A program made the translations under genes and the position numbers. From Octopus vulgaris (taxonomy: Eukaryota), in assembly GCA_951406725.2 (NCBI GenBank), contig OX597842.1, positions 5,208,001 through 5,272,000 on the forward strand: a stretch of DNA of 64,000 nucleotides. The letters run 5' to 3'. Shown here one piece after another: positions 55,790 to 64,000 of this stretch. The notes beneath the pieces are model-generated. The model was not told the origin of the DNA, ran no database searches, and worked only from the letters and a program-made list of their open reading frames with translations. Every line of letters begins with the position of its first letter. Within the stretch, counting starts at the first letter, position 1.

Positions 55790-56184
55790 AAGATAGATAG
55801 ATATATATAAAGATAGATAGATATATACAGATAGATAGATAGATATATACAGATAGATAGATATATACAGATAGATAGATAAATACAGATAGATAGATAG
55901 ACAGATAAATAGATAGATAGATATATACAGATATATAGACATAGATATCTAGATATATACAGATATATAGACATAGATATCTAGATATATACAGATAGAT
56001 AGATAGATAGATATACAGATAGATATATAGATAGATATATAGATAGATATATACAGATATATAGACAGATAGATAGATAGATAAATATATACAGATATAT
56101 AGATAGATATATACAGATATATAGATAGATATATACAGATAGACAGATATATAGATAGATATATACAGATATATAGATATAGAC

Positions 56185-56226
<42 letters not shown>

Positions 56227-56272
56227 GATAGATAGATATATAGATAGATAGATATATATAGATAGATAGATT
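55790..56272. repeat. (GATA)n-rich microsatellite
   Basis: Direct repeats. Confidence 0.95.
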
Positions 56273-57799
56273 ATAATTATAAGATTTTCATTGCATCTTG
56301 CAAGTTGTAAGACGCAATGAAAATTTTAGGAAAATAAAAATAAGAAAAAAAAGTGGAAATTTTACCGGTGAGTGTGTTAAATAATAAGGCACAGGGGCTT
56401 ATATACCCTGATATTAGTCCACACAGGTCTAGGGATTCAATTTTGATCTATGTATGCTGTGGGCTACTGTCAATAAATAGATAACATAGGGCCTAGTGCA
56501 TTGATTTGTCTGAGGGGCCTAAAAAAACTGCTAAGATGGCCTTGCTCCTGGGCAACTACCCAGTGTGCTTGAAGATGACTGGTTCCAAGCAGAAGCAATG
56601 GACCATTATTAGGTTCTTGTTAAAAGAGGAGGGCCAGCTGGTCTGACATCTACAGACGGCTTTGGTTTATTTACAGGAATGTCGTTGGCTTTCCCATTAG
56701 TTATAGCAATGGGTGTTCCTTCTAGTTGGTCTGATCTAGAACAGCTTACTTGGGAAATTAACATGCAAGTGGCTGAGTACTCCACAGACATGCATAACCT
56801 TAACGTAGTTCTCAGGGAGATGTAGCGAGCTGGCAGAATCATTAGCACGGTGGGCGAAATGCTTAGCGGTATTTCGTCAGCCATTACGTTCTGAGTTCAA
56901 ATTCCGCTGAGGTCGACTTTGCTTTTCATCCTTTCGGGGTTGATAAATTAAGTACCAGTTACACTCTGGGGTCGATGTAATCGACTTAATCCCTTTGTCT
57001 GTCCTTGTTTGTCCCCTTTACTTTTAGCCCCTTGTGGGCAATAAAGAAATAAGGGAGATTTAGTGTGACACAGAGTGTGACAAGGCCAGCTCTTTGAAAA
57101 TAAAGGTACAACTCATTTTTACCAACTGCGTGGACTGGAGCAATGTGAAATAAAGTGTCTTGCTCAAGAACACAATGCCCAACGAGGAACTGAACTCACA
57201 ACCTTACAATCCAGAGTTGCGAGTTCAATTGATGGAGGTGCACTCTGTCCTTGAGCAAGACACTTTATTTCACATTGCTCCAGTCCACTCCTTCGGCAAA
57301 AATGAGTTGTATTTCAAAGGGCCAACCTTGTCACATTCTGTGTCACACTGAAGGCTACAGAGCTGGCAGAATCGTTAGTACACCAGGTGAAATGCTTAAC
57401 AGTATTTTGTGTCTTTATGTTCTGAGTTCAAATTCTGCCAAGGTCGACTTTGCCTTTCATCCTTTCAGGGTCAATAAATTAAGTACCAGTTGCATACTGA
57501 GGTCAATCTAATCGACTTTCCCCCTTCCTAAAAATTTCAGGTCTTGTGCCTAGAGTAGAAAAGATTCTGTGTCATCCTGAATCTACATGAGAACTGCCTG
57601 AAGGGTATGTGTGCCTGTGGTGTACTCAGCCACTTGCATGTAAATTTCATGAGGAGGCTGTTCTGTTCATCAAATCAACTGGAACCCTCATCATCATAAC
57701 CAATGTCCTTCAGTACAATATATTACATCACTTTGCCTCGGTTCACTCAGTCGGCAAAAATGAGTAGAAATGTTAGCACGGAGGGCGAATAGCTTAGCG

Positions 57800-58165
57800 G
57801 CGAGCTGGCAGAAACGTTAGTACGCCGGGCGAAATGTGTAACCGTATTTCGTCTGCCGTTACGTTCTTGAGTTCGAATTCCGCCGAGGTCGACTTTGCCT
57901 TTCATCATTTCGGGGTCGATAAATTAAGTACCAATTACGCACTGGGGTCGATGTAATCGACTTAATACCTGTCTGTCCTTGTTTGTTGCCTCTGTGTTTA
58001 GCCCCTTGTGGGAAGTAAAGAAATAGGTATTTCATCTGCCGTTACGTTCTGAGTTCAAATTCCGCCGAGGTTGACTTCGCCTTTCATCCTTTCAGGGTTG
58101 ATTAAATAAGTACCAGTTACGCACTGGGGTCAATGTAATCGACTTAATCCGTTTGTCTGTCCTTG
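57800..58165 (+). mobile_element. Meta-type tRNA SINE with internal duplication
   Basis: ggcgagctggcagaa...gagttcaaattccgccgaggtcgactttgcctttcatcctttcggggtcgataaattaagtaccag. Copies occur at 33853 (-), 38925 (-), 56826 and 61152 (-). Confidence 0.8.
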
Positions 58166-58414
58166 TTAGTACACCACCATGAATTGAACTCGCAACTCTG
58201 GATTGTAAGGTCGTGAGTTCAGTTCCTGGTGACGCGTTGTTTCCTTGAGCAAGACACTTTACTTCACATTCCTCCAGTCCACTCAGCTGGCAAAAATCAG
58301 TTGTACCTGCAATTCAAAGGGCTGGCTTTGTCACATTCTGAATCTCCCTGAGAACTATGTTAAAGGAATACATGTCTGTGGAGTACTCAGCCACTTGCAT
58401 GTTAATTTCCCAAG

Positions 58415-59018
58415 TCACATTCTTCTGATCAGTGAAATTGAAAATGCCTTAAAAGTGATGAAAACAGACAAAGCTCCAAGGAAAGATGGCATCATGACAA
58501 AGATGCTAAGACATGAAGGTGAAGAGCTGTGGAAAACCCTTGTTCTATGCTTCAATCACAGTCTGAAGGAGAGTAAAATACCCTCACAGTGAAAAGAGTC
58601 AAATACCATCCTGCTTCATAAGGAGGGTGATAAAGAAGATTTTTAAAAACTATCACTAGGCACAGGAATGGCTGTGTGGTATGTAGCTTGCCTACAAACC
58701 ACATGGTTCTGGGTTCAGTCCCACTGCATGGCACCTTGGGCAAGTGTCTTCTACTATAGCCTTGGGCTGACCAAAACCTTGTGAGTGGATTTGGTAGATG
58801 GAAACTGAAAGAAGCCTGTCGTTTATATGTATATATATATATATAAATAGGCACAGGAATGGCTTTGTGGTAAGTAGCTTGTTTACCAACCACATGGTTC
58901 TGGGTTCAGTCACACTGCATGGCACCTTGGGCAAGTGTCTTCTACTATAGCCTCAGATTGACCGAAGCCTTGTGAGTGGATTTGGTAGATGGAAACTGAA
59001 AGAAGCCCGTCGTATATA

Positions 59019-59052
<34 letters not shown>

Positions 59053-61575
59053 TTTATGCGTGTGTGTGTTTGTCCCCCTAGCATTGCTTGACAACCGATG
59101 CTGGTGTTTTTATGTCCCCGTTACTTAGCGGTTCAGCAAAAGAATCGATAGAATAAGTACTAGGCTTACAACGAATAAGTCCTGGGGTCGATTTGATCAA
59201 TAACAGGTGGTGCTCCAGCATGGCCACAGTCAATGACTGAAACAAGTAAAAAGAGTAAACCCCATATATCTCTTACCCCACCCCTATAAGCTGTTTACTA
59301 AGGTCACAGTCACCAGACTAACAAAAAAATGACCAACAGCAAAGAGAGCAAGCAGGTTTCTATAAGGGCTACAGTGAGATAGATCACATATTCACTCCAA
59401 TATAGGTTTATGGAATGAGCACAGGAATACTATTGGGTTGTCCGGAAAGTTCATGCCGATTTTTAAAGGAAAGAAAAGGGCCAATAAATACTTGCCATTA
59501 CATTTTTAATCAACCAAATATGAAGCATTTTCTTGCACAATGCATCTCCATCTTTCCTTTAACCTGAAAATACCCTCTTCCCAGAATTGAGGTGGTTTCA
59601 TGGCAAAGAATTCATCAAGGTATCTTTTTACGTCATCCAAGGAATTGAAATTTTTACCATTAAGACTATTCTGCAGAGACCGGAATAAGTGGAAATCTGA
59701 AGGGGCAATATCTGGTGAATATGGAGGGTGGGGTAACACATCCCAGCCGAGCTGCAGCAATTTTTGTCTGGTTCCCAAAGCATCAATTGCCGAAAATGAA
59801 TTTTCTTATCTTCCATTTTAAAGGGTTACAGAATTAACACAGGTTATAGGAACATAAACCTTCTTCCACGAAAAGATAGCTTAAACTGTGCTCTAAATGG
59901 AGGTGTAGTCAAATCCTATTTTATGGACTCAACCATTTTCTATAATTAGTCGAAAGGTAAGCTACTATAAATCGGCACAAACTTTCCGGACAACCCAATA
60001 TAATTAAGGTTCAGCAAAATTTGCTTCACCACATACCGAAATTTAGAAATAGCATTTAAATACTATTCAACTACCATAAGATGTCTCCCAGACAGCAATG
60101 CTCTACAACTCACACAGGTAAAGAAAAATCAAAGTCAGGTGGATTTGTTATTTTTTTTTTCTCTTTACCTGCATGAGTTGGGAGTATTGCTGTCTGGGAG
60201 ATATCTTATGGTAATGGAATAGTATTTAGCTGCTATTTCTAAATTTCGGTATGTGGCATTTGATGATTATGAAAAGGCCTTTGACAGAGTTGTAATGTAT
60301 CAAGGCGCAATACAACAAACTACTCAAAAATGAAAACTCTGGTTGCGCAACAGATATAGCTCTGCTATGATCACCATTAAGTCTCCCAGTTGAGAAGGGT
60401 GTTAAGCAAGGAGATACTAATCTCCCCAAGAAATGGTCATCAAGGACATCAAAGGGACAGGTGGCATGAGTGAACATCAATGGCAAGCAACTAACACACC
60501 TCCAATTTGCAGATGACATTATACTAGTCACTGAAACCACAGACCAGCTGCAGACCATGCGGACAGAGCTGAACTCTCAGAGGTTAGCAGTAGGTCTTAA
60601 AATGAACTGCCCAGGATATTAATCGTCTGGAAGCTGTTCAGTGACGTGCAACCAAGAGAATACCCTCCATCAGGCATTTGCCATATTCTGAACGCCTTAC
60701 TTCCCTGGGCATGGAACATTGAAACTCCGATGTCTGACAGCTGACCTGGCAGACACCCATGAAATTATTAACCATCTTACAAACAATAACTCTGAGCACC
60801 TCTTCAAACTCCACCTGTCTAACACCCATGGACATATTTACAAAGTCAGAAATAAGCACAGCTTCCATGACTTTCGGAAACATTTTTTCACGCTGAGAGT
60901 TGCTGAAGCATGGAACAAACTGCTGGCATCAGTTGTCTGCATTCTTGAAAACTTCCATGCTTCCTGAGATTCGCCAACACTACACCTGATTTTCTCCCCT
61001 CCATACACACGCAAGCATGTATCTGACTCATACACTGTTCACTTCCCAGACATTTGTACATTACTGCATATACTTTATACACACTTTTGACAAGTTGTGG
61101 TGCACCTGAGCACTGTATACAATAATTTCATTATTATTATTAAAATATACCTATTTCTTTACTGCCCACAAGGGGCTAAACATAGAGAGGACAAACAAGG
61201 ACAGACAAAGGGATTAAGTCAATTACATCGACCCCAGTGCGTAACTGGTACTTATTTAATCGACCCCGAAAGGATGAAAGGCAAAGTCGACCTCGGCGGA
61301 ATTTGAACTCAGAATGTAAAGACAGACGAAATACCGCTAAGCATTTCGCCCGGCGTGCTAACGTTTCTGCCAGCTCACTGCCTTATTATTAAAACATACC
61401 TGGTTGGAAGACATAGCAGTGGGTCAAATAGAGATGGGAAGCGATGAAATTGGGGAAGTAAAGGAGGTCATCTACTTAGGACACACAGTGGATGTGATGA
61501 AATATAGATGCAGAAATCCCAAAGAAAATAAGGGCAGGATAGATGACATTTAACTCCAAGATACTGAAAAAGGAC
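58415..61575 (+). mobile_element. Fragmented RTE-like LINE reverse transcriptase
   Basis: Collinear pieces: EIENALKVMKTDKAP.KDGI...KIPSQ*K...ILLHK.GD, PISL...YKLFTK, DYEKAFD, GVKQGD, HLQFADDI...GLKMN and VKEVIYLG. Confidence 0.85.
59433..59998 (-). mobile_element. Internally deleted mariner element (mellifera-like)
   Basis: TA|ttgggttgtccggaaagtt...aactttccggacaacccaa|TA. N-terminal MEDKKIHFRQLML is joined to C-terminal WDVLPHPPYSPDIAPSDFHLFRSLQN. Confidence 0.92.
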
Positions 61576-61750
61576 CAAGATGCCTGGCGCCTTACTCTAC
61601 TCAAGAGGACCTGTACTTTGCAGCAGAAATGGTAAGATTGGTACTGGTGGTGATGTAAAGCACCTGTGACAGTGTCACATAAAAGTGCCTGTGCGGTGTC
61701 ACGTTAAAGCAGCCATGTGACACCACGTATACATACACATTTATATATAT

Positions 61751-61792
<42 letters not shown>

Positions 61793-61872
61793 GAACATAT
61801 ATATACATGTATGCATATATATATATATATACACATACATTCACATTTATATATATATATATATATACATAC

Positions 61873-61904
<32 letters not shown>

Positions 61905-62062
61905 GAACATATATATACATGTATGCATATATATATATATATACACATACATTCACATTTATATATATATATATATACATACATATATATATATATATAT
62001 ACACACACACTCGAACATATATATACATGTATGCATATATATATATACACACATACATTCAC

Positions 62063-62094
<32 letters not shown>

Positions 62095-62362
62095 CGTGCC
62101 AGTGGCACGTAAAAAGCACCATCCGATCATGGCCGTTTGCCAGCCTCGCCTGGCACCTGTGCTGGTGGCACGTAAAAAGCACCTACTACACTCACGGAGT
62201 GGTTAGTGTTAGGAAGGGCATCCAGCTGTAGAAACACTGCCAGATCATACTGGGCCTGGTGCAGCCTTCTGGCTTCCCAGACCCCAGTTGAACCGTCCAA
62301 CCCATGCTAGCATGGAAAGCGGACGCTAAATGATGATGATAATATATATATATATATATATT

Positions 62363-62879
62363 TGGTTAATATCTAGATCCGCACCCGGTGGGAAAAATGA
62401 GATCCGCACCCGGTGGGAAAAATGGAAACGAAAATGTGTAACAGTTGTAAGGCATCGTATATTGACGGAATAAGACGGGAAAAAAGCGCGCTGACAAACG
62501 GGGGGGGGGGGCTCGGGAAATTCCCAGGATCAACCGTAGAGGCAAAAATGGAAAAAAATATGTGTAACAGGTGTTTAAACGCATTTCACACACATAGCCC
62601 AATGTCATAATTCAAAACTAACGCAGCGAAAATTTTGAAAAGTTCCCCCAGTTCTGAAAAAAATCGATAAATTCGACATGGGGTCGCGAATCAGAAACAC
62701 AATGGTGAAAATTGATGGTAAATTTTTCTTTAAATCGTAGGCAATTTTCCGAGCCCCCTCCCCCCCCGTTTGTCAGCGCGCTTTTTTCCCGTCTTATTCC
62801 GTCAATATACGATGCCTTACAACTGTTACACATTTTCGTTTCCATTTTTCCCACCGGGTGCGGATCTAGATATTAACCA
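62363..62879. mobile_element. MITE with about 135-bp TIRs
   Basis: tggttaatatctagatccgcacccggtgggaaaaatg...gctcgg is mirrored at 62745-62879. Confidence 0.85.
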
Positions 62880-63124
62880 TATATTTATATATGAATATAT
62901 ATACACACATAAATGTATATGTCTATATGTATAGACATATAAACACACATATACACACAACCACAAATACCATTTCATGAGCAACATCCCATGCTGTCAT
63001 GTGATGAATATGTCATCTTGGCCAATGTCGTCTTAACCTTTCAGTGTTCATATTTATTCTGTCAAATGTAATACTAATTAATTCATTTTGTTTCCAACTA
63101 TTCAAGCATTTATTTAGATTTCAC

Positions 63125-63856
63125 AGATATTTGTCCTCACCTTGTTTGTTGTTAACTTAACATTTCGACTGATATACCCTCCAGCCTTCATCAGGTGTCT
63201 TGGGAAATTTCAAACCTGGGTTCTCATTCCTAAGGTATTTTTCAATGTTATTATCATCATTATTATTCAGTGTCACTGCCTGGAATTGAACTCGGAATCT
63301 TGGGGTTAGTAGCCCATGCTCTTAACCACTACACTGTGGACATATGGCGTAGTGGTTAAGAGCGCGGGCTACTAACCCCAAGATTCCGAGTTCAATTCCA
63401 GGCAGTGACCTGAATAATAATAACAACAATGAAAAATACCTTAGGAATGAGAACCCAGGTTTGAAATTTCCCCAAGAGACCTGATGAAGGCTGGAGGGTA
63501 TATCAGCTGAAACATGTTAACAAACAAGATGAGGACATTACGGAGATGTACTTGCATAGCAAGTGACCTGATCTGAGATCGTGTGCTGGAACAAAAACAA
63601 TTGCAGCGTGGAAGGTGTTTATAAGCCATTTAAGAAACACACAAAATCCATTAGATTCACTTCAATATTTAAATTTAATTTGTCTCAAAGAGACAAAAAT
63701 ATTTTGACAAATTAAATTTAAATGTTGAAGTGAATCTAATGGTTTTTGTGTGTTTCTTAAATGGCTTATAAACACCTTCCACACTGCAAGATGAGGAGAA
63801 ATATCCGTCAAATGTAAGTAATGTACATAATTCCTCATCTCTTAAATATAGAACTG
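63125..63856 (+). mobile_element. Second copy of the tRNA-hammerhead element (inverted copy plus forward copy), nested in a TTAA MITE (63037-63996)
   Basis: Inverted copy 63125-63331 with a hammerhead at 63154-63199 (-). Forward head at 63338 with a hammerhead at 63476-63518. Its 3' end (ctcatctcttaaatatagaactg) matches that at 32265. Confidence 0.8.
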
Positions 63857-64000
63857 TAATCAGGCATTATCTTGTCACTTCAAGATTTTGATAATGTGAT
63901 TAATTCTTAGAGTCATATTGTAGTGTTGTTGTGAGAGGTCTGATCTGGCCAAGTACAATAATTTGGCCAGGTATGGCTGGTTTTAATACTAAAGGGTTAA

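Noticed and set aside
56609-56884. 91-aa ORF as a host exon
   Set aside because: It is mostly antisense to two SINEs and has no recognisable domain.

Overview
Eukaryotic, very repeat-rich DNA with (TA)n/(CA)n/(GATA)n microsatellites and tRNA-derived SINEs. The repeat landscape suggests an octopus/coleoid cephalopod genome (inference). Only one host protein-coding exon is well supported: the minus-strand terminal exon of SCOC/UNC-69 (short coiled-coil protein) at about 22966-23287. Most long ORFs in the track are microsatellite artefacts. The rest is SINEs, LINE remnants (RTE, CR1, R4-like), a Penelope-like GIY-YIG fragment, Tc1/mariner/maT remnants, TTAA-flanked MITEs, a non-autonomous Helitron and many fold-back palindromes. 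The most striking signal is about a dozen minimal type-I hammerhead-ribozyme motifs in at least 4-5 small repeat families. They include a tRNA-headed element with 158-bp hammerhead monomers in tandem, present at two loci with an inverted upstream copy, and a motif with a compensatory U3-A8 core. All alignments and folds were done by eye, so element boundaries are approximate.
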